A DNA stretch of 64,000 nucleotides from Candidatus Hydrogenedentota bacterium (GCA_963668025.2 CAXXTH010000022.1:64001-128000), one strand, 5' to 3'; positions 50,966-60,745 are shown, counted from the stretch's first letter. A program made the numbers and translations. The notes: generated by a model not told the origin, from the sequence alone.

Positions 50966-52054
50966 TCACCCCACCCCGCCATACAAATGCCCGATGGCGC
51001 TTGGAACAGCGGCTAGATCTACACCCAGCGTGCCACCTCTGCCACAAGGGAACTCATTGTCACTGAACCGCATGTAAGAGACATGCCCGTCCATGTACAA
51101 CACATTCGAGCCGCCGGGGACATGATTGAAGTTCTGAATCGCCTTCGTATGGACGAAAGCATTCCAGTCGGAATTGGCGATGCCACCCCACGCATCGAAC
51201 ATGACGACAATCGTGCTTTGGCCTTTCGCGCCCGCGGCGGGATTGTTGATGTCGGTGATCGAGAAGCGTTCTATCCCTTGGCGGAGGCGGTTAAAACTTG
51301 GTTTTGAAGAGACACTGATGTTTTTACCATTCTCGTCGGTTAATCCGGCGTAATCCCAGCCGGTGGAGCCCGGATATTTCGTACCGCGTGTGAGGTCTTT
51401 TAAATTGAAGTCCGACGAGGTTTCCGCCCATATTGTGTCACAAAGCGATGCGCCGGGCCAGAACCACCCCAGAAGCTCCGGGGTGATGTTGATGTACTGG
51501 TCCAGATAATTCCGGCGCACGGTGCCGAATACGGCCCATTCTCCAAAACTCGTCACCAGGTAGCCTAGATATAAATACGACACGGGCATCGATAGCAGCA
51601 GATCCCGGCACGCTTTATTGGCGACGGATCTGTCTGCGGAATACTCCTTGGCAGCTTTCGTAATCTGCGCCGGGAAATCCTCTTCCACGCCAACATAATC
51701 CATCCCGGCGCGGGAATCGGATGGACACAGCGTGATGCTTACGTCGTTCCAGTAGTCGGGAAATAATTGTGCGCCATCAAGAGACATAGAGAAGTAAGTA
51801 ACCGAATTGTTGGATTCGTCGCATTTGTAGACATTGTTCGCCATGGGGGGGAAATAGGCGCCTTTGGATTCATTGGCGTACATGGTGTGAATAAGGCCCC
51901 ATTGCTTAAGGTTGCTTGCGCAGGAAGCCCTTCGGGCGGCTTCGCGGGCGCGGGCCAGTGCGGGGAGCAGGATGGCGGCCAGAATCGCAATGATAGCGAT
52001 CACTACTAACAATTCAATCAAGGTAAAACCGTAATAATGACTCCTTTTCATCAC
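50966..52054 (-). CDS. DUF1559-type prepilin-like protein with H-X9-DG C-terminal motif (copy 2)
   Basis: [25 protein letters not shown]; [17 protein letters not shown]; GGAGG RBS. Confidence 0.92.
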   Translation of the reverse strand: MMKRSHYYGFTLIELLVVIAIIAILAAILLPALARAREAARRASCASNLKQWGLIHTMYANESKGAYFPPMANNVYKCDESNNSVTYFSMSLDGAQLFPDYWNDVSITLCPSDSRAGMDYVGVEEDFPAQITKAAKEYSADRSVANKACRDLLLSMPVSYLYLGYLVTSFGEWAVFGTVRRNYLDQYINITPELLGWFWPGASLCDTIWAETSSDFNLKDLTRGTKYPGSTGWDYAGLTDENGKNISVSSKPSFNRLRQGIERFSITDINNPAAGAKGQSTIVVMFDAWGGIANSDWNAFVHTKAIQNFNHVPGGSNVLYMDGHVSYMRFSDNEFPCGRGGTLGVDLAAVPSAIGHLYGGVG

Positions 52055-52190
52055 ACAAAACCTCCATATTTATAAATGTATACTGATATCTATTCCGCCA
52101 AGTTATAACCTTTCATTTTGAATAACTGTTTTTCCCTTTAATATGTCATTCAGTGTAACGCTATTTGCATGTGCTTTTTGTTGGTTGCTA

Positions 52191-52234
52191 GAGGCAGGCT
52201 CGAAATCATGCGCCATTTCTTTCGAGCCTGCCTC
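52191..52234 (-). terminator. Hairpin downstream of the clan GH-A gene
   Basis: Perfect 15-bp inverted repeat GAGGCAGGCTCGAAA / TTTCGAGCCTGCCTC. Confidence 0.6.
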
Positions 52235-52248
52235 AAACCACCTCATAC

Positions 52249-54066
52249 CTAGTCTCTCGGGAACTGGTCCCTGTCCCGGTCGGCAGGCTCCATTCGATAT
52301 AGATGCTTGCCAACCGGAGTTAGTCGTAATCCTTCCGCCAACTCGGGAGGATATCCTTTTCCTGGCTCGACGACGTAGGCGTAGGTCACCGCGCCAATCA
52401 TGTGCCGGAGCATGTTATTCTCGGGAAGCGGCACTTCATTCTTGTACGCCGGATCAAAGGTGATGACCCAGAAATCGGGTCGCTGCGGCTTTATCATGCG
52501 ATTTAGCTGGGCGGCTGTATCGGCGTCCGGCGCGATGATCATCGCGCGCTCCGGGTGGTAGAACGGAACCCAAGGCCGTTCCACCTTGAGTATATCTTGG
52601 GCGGCCTCACGGATTTGCTGGTCCACGTTCGTCAAAACCACCAGGCTCTCTGGTGGCAATTGTAATTGGAATGCACCGCCCGCTTTGACCGATATTTCAG
52701 CGGCAGGCAACAACATGCCGCGATCCACCGTGGGCACGGATTTCCGGGTGTATTCAAACTGGGCCAACGCCAGGTCGGCAGGAGCGTTCAGGTTAATGGT
52801 CACGGGAGTCGGATTGACTTGACTGTTGACGATAAGAAGCGTCCATTCGCCAGAGGGCGATAACAACGCCACGGCTGGTGTTTGATTGCCTATATCGTCC
52901 GGCTCACCCGTTACAGCAAATACCTTACTGCCTGGCCGTGTATACCGGGTCAGCAGGGACCAAGAGTAAAAGCCAGGGCGCGGCTCCCAGTCTTCATCCA
53001 TATTGCGCCATAACCCGGCTTCCTGTTTGTTGAGGCTGTCGTAGTAGGTATCGAACAGGCACCACATCATTACGTTGGAAACGCCGCGCCGCAACGACTC
53101 GACGGCGAAGCGGGCCAAGAACAGCCCATAATCGAATTTGTCGTTATCGGTCATGGTGAAAATGCCGCCCCGGCTGGGGCCGAAACAGCCAAACTCGGTG
53201 ATCATGAGCGGCTTGTCCGCGCCTCCAAATGTATCGAGGGCTTGCCTGCGCGACAAAATAAAATCGTTAATCGTGGGACAGGTGAACGATTGGCCATAGG
53301 TGTGGAAGGAAGCGCCATCAAAGTAATCGCATCCACCCTCGGCGGCTACGTCATAAAACCATTCACCTTGCTCCGTGTTCGCCCAGTTGCTGCCATCCAT
53401 GCCGAGCAACATGATGCCATCGCGCAAATGGCGTTTTTTCAGTTCCTCGTCCAGCAGGCGGTTCATCCGGATAAAGTCTTTAGGCGCGGGTATGCGCCAG
53501 GAATTATCCGGCTCGTTCATTAACGTAACTTGCGTGATATTGTCCAGTCCCTGATCCCGTTTCAGGTATTCGACTAGATCGACCAAACTGCGAACGACTT
53601 CTTTTTCCATGTCAGGCGACGGCAATCGCCAGTCCGAATCGACCTTCATCCATGCGCTATACGCAAACCAATCACCCCACGGGCAAAGGTTGATCTTGCA
53701 ATTGATGGACTTCAGAAAGCTCGCCCATTCCACATAGTCTTTCATGAACTCGCCATCAGGAGTTTGCTTGCCTTTTTCAGGCTCCCACCATGGGTAGGAA
53801 AAGAAGGTGCGCATGACATGAGGCCGCATCGCACGCACACGCTCGTGAACCAGCTCGATATCCTCTGCATCAAGACCACGCTCCTTGTTGACATACGTGG
53901 TCATCATACTGTCGCCTTGGCAGCCTAAACCAATGAAATCTTTACATAACACTTGATCTGGCTTGACCGTAAGATTCAACTCTCCGGCAGCCATCGCGGC
54001 CTGCGTCCATACCAGTGTCCCGAATAGTAAAAACAGCGGAAAGAGTCTCTTCATCTTCATGTTCAT
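52249..54066 (-). CDS. Secreted clan GH-A glycoside hydrolase (GH5/GH30/GH39-like)
   Basis: Signal peptide; TLMNEP (acid/base), SFHTY, LMITEFG (nucleophile), C-terminal beta-sandwich (LPPESLVVL); GAGGA RBS before ATG 54066. Confidence 0.8.
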   Translation of the reverse strand: MNMKMKRLFPLFLLFGTLVWTQAAMAAGELNLTVKPDQVLCKDFIGLGCQGDSMMTTYVNKERGLDAEDIELVHERVRAMRPHVMRTFFSYPWWEPEKGKQTPDGEFMKDYVEWASFLKSINCKINLCPWGDWFAYSAWMKVDSDWRLPSPDMEKEVVRSLVDLVEYLKRDQGLDNITQVTLMNEPDNSWRIPAPKDFIRMNRLLDEELKKRHLRDGIMLLGMDGSNWANTEQGEWFYDVAAEGGCDYFDGASFHTYGQSFTCPTINDFILSRRQALDTFGGADKPLMITEFGCFGPSRGGIFTMTDNDKFDYGLFLARFAVESLRRGVSNVMMWCLFDTYYDSLNKQEAGLWRNMDEDWEPRPGFYSWSLLTRYTRPGSKVFAVTGEPDDIGNQTPAVALLSPSGEWTLLIVNSQVNPTPVTINLNAPADLALAQFEYTRKSVPTVDRGMLLPAAEISVKAGGAFQLQLPPESLVVLTNVDQQIREAAQDILKVERPWVPFYHPERAMIIAPDADTAAQLNRMIKPQRPDFWVITFDPAYKNEVPLPENNMLRHMIGAVTYAYVVEPGKGYPPELAEGLRLTPVGKHLYRMEPADRDRDQFPRD

Positions 54067-54150
54067 CCCATCCTCGGTTTTCGAGAGATACCGGCGCAAA
54101 ATGCGCACCATCCCCATTCTTTCTTGTATAGGGAACACTATATTGCCGGG

Positions 54151-54315
54151 ATAGAAAACGTTTGCTATACCCTGCATGCATCATCCCCTGCCTCATGTAT
54201 CAGATGAAATTAACTATAAACCCATCAGCCACGCAGTCGATGAACGAAAATCACCCGCCCCAAATAGTAACCGTTTTCTATACATAATCTACACGCTTTT
54301 CCATTATGCTGTCAA
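54151..54315 (-). promoter_or_regulatory. sigma70 promoter with a pair of LacI-type operators
   Basis: Minus strand TTGACA (54315-54310)-N18-TAGATT; near-palindromes ATAGTAACCGTTTTCTAT (54264-54281) and ATAGAAAACGTTTGCTAT (54151-54168). Confidence 0.65.
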
Positions 54316-54445
54316 GAAAAAAATGAAACTCCGATTTTTTCATGCAAGATCTCTTGCCTCGAGCAGGACGATTATAGGCGCAAATGGCTGCACCATCGGT
54401 AAATCATACCCCAAAAACTCGAAAAAACAGAGCGAGTGATAACGC

Positions 54446-55675
54446 TTATATTTTGTGCAGAGTGACAAGCCCCACTTCTGGATGCACGCCCAATCGGACA
54501 GGCATAAAGGCCATTCCGACTCCCCGCGACACAATAACCGGGAAATGAGGCCCCTGGCAAAGCCCGCCCATGTATTTGAGTCCATATTGAGATACATGGC
54601 CTACAGGGCCATAACCTGGCAATAGCACCTGGCCTCCATGGGTGTGGCCGCTGAGCATGAATGCAATCCGATACCGCCAGAGATCTTGTTCCGCTGTATC
54701 TGGATTGTGGGAAAGCATAATCCGAGGCATATCTGCCGGCACGCCTTCTAAAGCACTTTCAAAAGAGATGTGGTCGGTCCAATAGTCACCTACCCCTCCA
54801 ATGCATATTGCAGGCTCGAAAGGAATATCCGTGCTCAACCCCACCGCGCTCAAAAACAAACGTGTATTGTCCAACAGAGGCACTCCAATACGCGCAAACT
54901 GGGTGCGGCAGGCTTGAGCACCCTCCCAATGATCATGATTGCCCAGCACGGCCGCTACCCCCAAGCGGCCATGGAATTGGCCTAGAGCCTCCACACCGGT
55001 CCGGATAGCCCGTGGAGTCATATGCACATAATCTCCCGTCAACGCCACCAAATCAGGAGACAAGGCGTTTACATACTCCGCGACATGTAAAAGGAAAGCG
55101 GCGCTTATAAATGGGCCATAATGGGTATCGGAAACATGTGCAATGCGCAGGCCGTCCAGTTGCGGCGGAAGGCCTTTTACTTGCATGTCATAATAACGAG
55201 TGTAAAGTGCGGACGGCTCCCAGTAAGAAGCATAGCCGCCAACGCCTGCAACCGCCACCCCGGCGGCTATGGTGGATGTCCGAGTCAAAAATTCACGCCT
55301 GGCAACTTGAGGCGCGTCGTGTTTCGCTCCAATGGCGCGGGGACGATTCCGAAACAAGCACGCCAGAACCCATTTACCTAAATAATAAACACCTGCATAT
55401 ATATAAGGTGTGATGAGGCATGACAATATGAAATTACCGCGCGGCCAGTGATGATAAACTACAGGGAAAGGAATCGCCGCGATGAAGCGCGCAGGAACAA
55501 TCAAGAGATAAGTGGCTCGATACGCCGCACGGCTTATAGGCTCTAGAAACAAAGGCAAGCTCATGGTTTGCGACGGCAAAATGCAACAGAGAAGCACTAT
55601 GCCCAACAGGAGCAATCCCAGTACTCGGCGTAAATTCCACCGCATCGGTTCAGACGCTGATTGGAAAAGCATCAC
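54446..55675 (-). CDS. Membrane-bound metallophosphoesterase (YkuE-like)
   Basis: SDTH, TGD, GNHD, LSHNPD, LSGHTHGGQ, SRGVG; N-terminal TM segments. Confidence 0.92.
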   Translation of the reverse strand: MMLFQSASEPMRWNLRRVLGLLLLGIVLLCCILPSQTMSLPLFLEPISRAAYRATYLLIVPARFIAAIPFPVVYHHWPRGNFILSCLITPYIYAGVYYLGKWVLACLFRNRPRAIGAKHDAPQVARREFLTRTSTIAAGVAVAGVGGYASYWEPSALYTRYYDMQVKGLPPQLDGLRIAHVSDTHYGPFISAAFLLHVAEYVNALSPDLVALTGDYVHMTPRAIRTGVEALGQFHGRLGVAAVLGNHDHWEGAQACRTQFARIGVPLLDNTRLFLSAVGLSTDIPFEPAICIGGVGDYWTDHISFESALEGVPADMPRIMLSHNPDTAEQDLWRYRIAFMLSGHTHGGQVLLPGYGPVGHVSQYGLKYMGGLCQGPHFPVIVSRGVGMAFMPVRLGVHPEVGLVTLHKI

Positions 55676-55833
55676 TCGTTATCCATACCCCAGCTTTTTT
55701 TAGGAAGCACTTTATACAGCTTCATTCTGCACCAGAAAGCATGCCCTCAACAAAAAAGTGCAGAAATCCATTATCCGTTTTTACGCTTCTTGTAACCAGT
55801 AAAGAAATCATATAACAGAAACTTACCGCATGC

Positions 55834-55881
55834 TTGACACACAACCAGGAAAACGGCAAAATCGAGCAAGTAAGCGCTTTC
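55834..55881 (+). promoter_or_regulatory. sigma70 promoter plus LacI-type operator for the sulfatase
   Basis: TTGACA (55834-55839)-N17-CAAAAT, then GTAAGCGCTTTC (55870-55881). Confidence 0.55.
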
Positions 55882-55923
55882 TCTTGGCGCATCGAGCTAG
55901 AACCTACCGGGGAGGACAGCACC

Positions 55924-57375
55924 ATGGAGCGGCGGGCATTTCTCAAAACAGCCGCGGCAGCAGGTACGGCCGGCGTGTGGGCCGCTTCCTGTGCGACAGA
56001 TCCCACCAGAACCCAGGCCAGCATCGATAAACCCAATTTTCTGTTCATCCTCACGGATGATCAGGGATGGGGCGACTTAGGGTGTTATGGGCATCCCGTC
56101 CTAAAAACGCCCCATCTGGACCGGCTGGCGGAAAAGGGTTGCCGGTTCACTGACTTCTATGTGTCGATGCCGATCTGTTCCCCTACGCGTTCCTCATGTC
56201 TTACCGGGCGCGATCCTAACCGCTACGGATTCAAACATGTCATCAACACCGGCATGGTGAATCCCCAGGTTCGCGTGCCCGAGGTGCATCACCTGCCGGT
56301 GAATGAACCCAGCCTTCCCCGGCAATTGAAGCAAGCCGGATACCGGACCGGCACCGTCGGCAAATGGCACTTAAGCCATAATGGACCTGCTTCCGAGCCC
56401 ACTCCGGGAGATTATGGATTTGATTATTGGTATCGCTTGTGGAAAGGAGACAGTCTATATCGCGGGCCTTCGCAATGGCAGCGCAATGCGGAAATCATCG
56501 ATATACCAGCAGACAAATGGTACCCGGAAATGTATGTCGATGAGGCCATCCGGTTCATTGAATCTGGAAGAGAACCTTTTTATCTAAACTTTTGGACCTT
56601 TACGCCGCATGTTCGCGAAGAGGCCGCCGAGTCCATGCGCGCCTTATATGAAGGCCGGACGGAGTATGAAAAGACTTACTTCGGCAGTATTACGCAGATG
56701 GACGAACAGATCGGCCGGTTGTTGGATTACCTTGAATCCAAAGGCCTCACGCAAAACACCGTGATCATCTTTTGCAGTGACAACGGGCCGGAGCCTCCGG
56801 TGAACGAACACGGCCATGAAGAAGCCCGCCGAGGCTCGACCGGACGGTTCCGGGGCGCTAAACACGTGATTTATGAAGGAGGCATTCGAGTGCCCGGTAT
56901 TATCTACTGGCCAGGATTAACCAAACCGGGAAGCATATCGCAAACGCCTGTTTCCGTATTGGACTTCTTCCCCACACTATGCGCCGCCACTGGCGCGTCC
57001 GTTCCCGAAGGGTGGGCATTTGACGGGGCGGATTTCCGTCCAGCTTTAAGTGGCGGCGAAGTGCAGCGCCCCCACCCGCTCTACTGGCAGTGCGAATATT
57101 CCATGAAGACATTTGTCCCAGGCTTCACAAGCCCGCCTTTGGCCATTCGGGAAGGCCACTGGAAACTCATGTGTGATATGCAATTCGGAAATACGTGCTT
57201 ATATAATCTCGATGTCGATCCTACAGAGCAATGGAACGTGGATAAATGCGAACCGGAGATCGCTTCATCCATGCTCGACAAGCTTAAGGCCATTTATGCA
57301 GACATCAATGGCTCCTATCAACGCGAAGCAGCGTATTTGAATCCCGATATTTTGAAAGGCAGAAAACCTCAATAA
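55924..57375 (+). CDS. Tat-exported Cys-type (formylglycine) sulfatase, family S1
   Basis: MERRAFLK signal; PNFLFILTDDQG, CSPTR...LTGR, GYRTGTVGKWHL, SDNG, YEGGIRVP; GGAGG RBS. Confidence 0.93.
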   Translation: MERRAFLKTAAAAGTAGVWAASCATDPTRTQASIDKPNFLFILTDDQGWGDLGCYGHPVLKTPHLDRLAEKGCRFTDFYVSMPICSPTRSSCLTGRDPNRYGFKHVINTGMVNPQVRVPEVHHLPVNEPSLPRQLKQAGYRTGTVGKWHLSHNGPASEPTPGDYGFDYWYRLWKGDSLYRGPSQWQRNAEIIDIPADKWYPEMYVDEAIRFIESGREPFYLNFWTFTPHVREEAAESMRALYEGRTEYEKTYFGSITQMDEQIGRLLDYLESKGLTQNTVIIFCSDNGPEPPVNEHGHEEARRGSTGRFRGAKHVIYEGGIRVPGIIYWPGLTKPGSISQTPVSVLDFFPTLCAATGASVPEGWAFDGADFRPALSGGEVQRPHPLYWQCEYSMKTFVPGFTSPPLAIREGHWKLMCDMQFGNTCLYNLDVDPTEQWNVDKCEPEIASSMLDKLKAIYADINGSYQREAAYLNPDILKGRKPQ

Positions 57376-57381
57376 AAAGCC

Positions 57382-57430
57382 CCCATAAACCATACACATG
57401 CGCTTATCGCCCATGTGTATGGTTTATGGG
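57382..57430. terminator. 19-bp perfect hairpin between convergent genes, overlapping the channel 3' end
   Basis: CCCATAAACCATACACATG (57382-57400) / CATGTGTATGGTTTATGGG (57412-57430); U-tract on the minus strand. Confidence 0.7.
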
Positions 57431-58213
57431 CTTTCCGCAATGCGGGCAAACCATGCTTGCCCGGCTTTTGCGCGTTTGGATTTCTTCGATGAAACCAGAA
57501 CCCAGTATGCCCGTGGGCAGCGCGAACATGCCGATTCCTAAAATCGCGATAAGTGCACCGCATATTTTACCGATAGGCGTAATGGGATAGGCGTCGCCAT
57601 ATCCGACCGTAGTCAGTGTGGAAACCGCCCACCACATCGTTGCGGGGATGTTGGAAAAAACATCCGGCTGCGCAGCGTTTTCGCAGAAAAACATGACGCA
57701 AGAGGAAATGACCAGTAAGGTGAACATAAGCACCGTGGTTAGAACGAGTTCTTCTTTTCTGCTCAGCAACACGTTTTTGATCAAAGTCAGTGAGGCATAA
57801 TACCGCCCGATCTTGAATATTCGGATGATACGAAACATGCGCAGAATCCGAATGAACCGCAGATCCAGCCCGAGCAAGGGGAGATAAGACGGTAGAAAAG
57901 ACATCAGGTCGATCAGCGTCATGAACCGCAAGGCATACTGAATGCGGCCCCATATGGGGCGGGCATATCGCTTGTTCTCCACGCACGACCATAAGCGCCC
58001 GATGTATTCCACCGTAAAAACCAAAATCGAAAATACCTCGAATGCCCTGAATAAAGGAGCATAGGCATTACGTAAAAACTCGACAGATTCCAAAATCACG
58101 GCGAATACATTCAGTGCAATTAACAATAATATAAATGTATCGATAGCCAAACTCGAACGGTCGCCTGGTTTGGCCACATCGAGGATTTCCCAGAGCCGCC
58201 GCCGGGTTTTCAT
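57404..58213 (-). CDS. Voltage-gated potassium channel (6TM)
   Basis: S4 RFIRILRMFRIIRIFK; filter TTVGYGD; C-terminal CPHCG. Confidence 0.93.
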   Translation of the reverse strand: MKTRRRLWEILDVAKPGDRSSLAIDTFILLLIALNVFAVILESVEFLRNAYAPLFRAFEVFSILVFTVEYIGRLWSCVENKRYARPIWGRIQYALRFMTLIDLMSFLPSYLPLLGLDLRFIRILRMFRIIRIFKIGRYYASLTLIKNVLLSRKEELVLTTVLMFTLLVISSCVMFFCENAAQPDVFSNIPATMWWAVSTLTTVGYGDAYPITPIGKICGALIAILGIGMFALPTGILGSGFIEEIQTRKSRASMVCPHCGKPINHTHGR

Positions 58214-59274
58214 ATCGTTGCGCCCAGCCGCGCAATCGCCTCGGCGGAATGCCCCGCAGCTTGAAGAGGTGCGATAATATCGGCTTCCACGTCAGGAACG
58301 TAATAATCCAATATCGCACCCTTGCCTTCCAGCGTGAACTGGAGAGCGCATCCTGGCACAAGCACAGCCTGTCCAGGAGCCATTGCCACGTTCTCCCCAC
58401 CCACATTCAGATACATGACGCCCCTCTTGCCCAACAAGATATGGAACGTGCGCCCATCCACCTGCCTCGTAAAAGAACCACCGGGCATTTCCAGGAGTTC
58501 GGCGGCGAAATAGCGGCAAACCGCCAGTATGCAGCGTTCAGCGTTCTGTTCGCGGCAGGACAATGGTTCAGCGCGGCCCGCGTGTTTGGCTCCGAAATGG
58601 ATGGCTTTGAGGCTCTTATCAATGTGCAGTTCACGCGGCGCGCCATCCGCCTGCACACGGCCCCAATCATACAATCGGTAGGTTAAATCGCTATTCTGTT
58701 GGATCTCGGCAAGGACAATGCCGCCTCCAATGGCATGGACGATCCCTGCGGGCACAAACGCGGATGCGCCTTCCTCGACGGGAAAAGAGAGCATCCATTG
58801 ATGCAGCGTGTTATCCGCAATGGCGCGTTCAATGTCTTCTGGCGTAGCGGAAGGATTCAATCCGCAAATCAACTGGCTGCCCGGCGCCGCATCCAGGACA
58901 TGCCACATCTCCGTTTTGCCGACATCAGGCTCGCCGAGTTGGCGGGCGGTCTCATCGTCCGGATGCACCTGCACGGATAATGTGTCGCTAGCGTCCAGCA
59001 TTTTTAGTAGAAGCGGGAAACGGCCATGCGGCGTAAGCGCAGGACGGCTCCCCAGAATGGATTTCACGTCACGCGCGATAAGCTGGCGGAGCGTTTGCCC
59101 TTCATAAACGCCCGCGCGCACCACGCTTTCAGCGGAAGGATGGTCTGAAACCGCCCACACTTCACCTATGCGCTTGCCTTCGGGCAATGGCAGTCCAAAT
59201 AATTCCTCGAATCTCCTACCACCCCATATGCGTTCCACATACTGTTCTTCAAAAAACAAAGGCTCGATATGCAT
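58210..59274 (-). CDS. manA: Mannose-6-phosphate isomerase, class I
   Basis: RIWGG, GEVW, FPLLLK, LSVQVHP, KTEMW, AGIVHAIG, EIQQNSDLTYRLYDW. Confidence 0.9.
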   Translation of the reverse strand: MHIEPLFFEEQYVERIWGGRRFEELFGLPLPEGKRIGEVWAVSDHPSAESVVRAGVYEGQTLRQLIARDVKSILGSRPALTPHGRFPLLLKMLDASDTLSVQVHPDDETARQLGEPDVGKTEMWHVLDAAPGSQLICGLNPSATPEDIERAIADNTLHQWMLSFPVEEGASAFVPAGIVHAIGGGIVLAEIQQNSDLTYRLYDWGRVQADGAPRELHIDKSLKAIHFGAKHAGRAEPLSCREQNAERCILAVCRYFAAELLEMPGGSFTRQVDGRTFHILLGKRGVMYLNVGGENVAMAPGQAVLVPGCALQFTLEGKGAILDYYVPDVEADIIAPLQAAGHSAEAIARLGATI

Positions 59275-59275
59275 G

Positions 59276-60502
59276 CTACTCCTTCGATGCCGCTGCAAAA
59301 CGCTCGAATAGCAGGGCCAGCCTCATCATGCTCCGCCCATTGTGAAAAGCAGAACGTATCCAGTTTCCTTTCGCCGTGACACGCGGCGTGTTATTTCGGT
59401 TCAGATAGGAATACCACTCCCCATATTCCGGATCGGCGAAGTAGGTAAAACAGTATTCATGCAGATCATGAAAACGCTCGAAAAGCTCCGCATCATCTAA
59501 TTCGAGAGCGGAAAGTGCAAGCGTATAAAGCGATTCGGAGTGGACCCACCAAATCTTGTCATCCCAGCGTTCATCCCATGGATTCATGGAATCCGTGTTT
59601 TCGGCGTTTCGCGGACGATGGCCTTTGGGATCTACAAACGCTAAAATACCTCCATACTGGCTGTCATGGCCGAGGTGATACGCCCAATCGGCCATCCGTG
59701 CGGCGCGCTCGAACAGGGCGCGGTCCTTCCGGTAGAGGGCCTCCTCCATGCAGAACCAAGAAGACTCGAATACATGGCCCGGATTGAGCGTTTGTCCAGC
59801 AGGCGTGCTCATCACCCGTTCGTTCCGATCCAGCATCTCAAAGAGGGCTTCATATTCATCCTTGGCGAAAACATGAAGCACTTTGTGCATGCAATAATCA
59901 GACAACGCGCGGATACGCGCATCGCCCAGCACGGAACGCACGATAGAGGCCACGTAGACGCCCATCATATGCGGGCCGTGATATAGAATCCCCGGCTGCA
60001 TGACGAAGTGGTGGTATTCCGAAAAATCGGGGTCCATGACATGCTGTTCAAACTGCTCGTAGGTTTTCTGGATAATGAGCCGGTCTTCATCGCTCCCCGC
60101 CGCCACGGCATGCTCGCACAACCCAATCAAGACGAAGGCATCGGTATACACCGAACTGGATGCATTCAGCACATGTCCGCTTCTGTCGAGCAGATAATGC
60201 CAGCGTCCGTTGCCCGTGTACGCATGTTTCACGAGGAAATCCCGGCCTGTTTTTGCTAATGCCAGCCAGCGCTCCCGCTGCTCGATATGGGTATAGAGTG
60301 AAGCAAACACATACAACTGGCGTCCCTGGCACCAGATATTCTTCTCTTCCCCTGTCCGATTGCCTGCGCGATCAAAAGAAACGAAATAGCCTCCATACTC
60401 CGTATCTTCCGTGCGCGGCTCCCAGAATGCCGCGATTCCTTGAATAAGATAATCGCGGTAAAAGGCAGCCAGCCCGCTCAGTCCCTCCTGCGAAATAGGC
60501 AT
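59276..60502 (-). CDS. AGE-family epimerase (N-acylglucosamine 2-epimerase-like)
   Basis: YGGYF, KNIWCQGR, NPGHVFESSWF, KIWWVHSE, DPEYGEW, KGNW...FH. Confidence 0.9.
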   Translation of the reverse strand: MPISQEGLSGLAAFYRDYLIQGIAAFWEPRTEDTEYGGYFVSFDRAGNRTGEEKNIWCQGRQLYVFASLYTHIEQRERWLALAKTGRDFLVKHAYTGNGRWHYLLDRSGHVLNASSSVYTDAFVLIGLCEHAVAAGSDEDRLIIQKTYEQFEQHVMDPDFSEYHHFVMQPGILYHGPHMMGVYVASIVRSVLGDARIRALSDYCMHKVLHVFAKDEYEALFEMLDRNERVMSTPAGQTLNPGHVFESSWFCMEEALYRKDRALFERAARMADWAYHLGHDSQYGGILAFVDPKGHRPRNAENTDSMNPWDERWDDKIWWVHSESLYTLALSALELDDAELFERFHDLHEYCFTYFADPEYGEWYSYLNRNNTPRVTAKGNWIRSAFHNGRSMMRLALLFERFAAASKE

Positions 60503-60620
60503 ATTTGATTACTCCCCATAAATAGCGGTGATACACTACGGTACGGCATAACCCTATGCAGGATCAACGAGGCTTTCTATCGGACGGCCTCCCTCAAAAA
60601 TGCAAATATTTGAATACTTA

Positions 60621-60649
60621 TTGCCAAAACATCAATCAAAGATTATAAT
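60621..60649 (+). promoter_or_regulatory. sigma70 promoter for the URO-D-family gene
   Basis: TTGCCA-N17-TATAAT. Confidence 0.7.
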
Positions 60650-60745
60650 ACTCGCGTCATGAACCGGCATTATCGGGCTTGGGGACACAGCCGGTGTGAT
60701 GCATGCTACATTTCCAAAAACACAACGATACGGAAAGGGGCCGAC

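Noticed and set aside
60656-60745. Riboswitch (e.g. cobalamin) in the URO-D leader
   Set aside because: Only a short ACCGGC/GCCGGT stem; leader is about 90 nt and has no B12-box.
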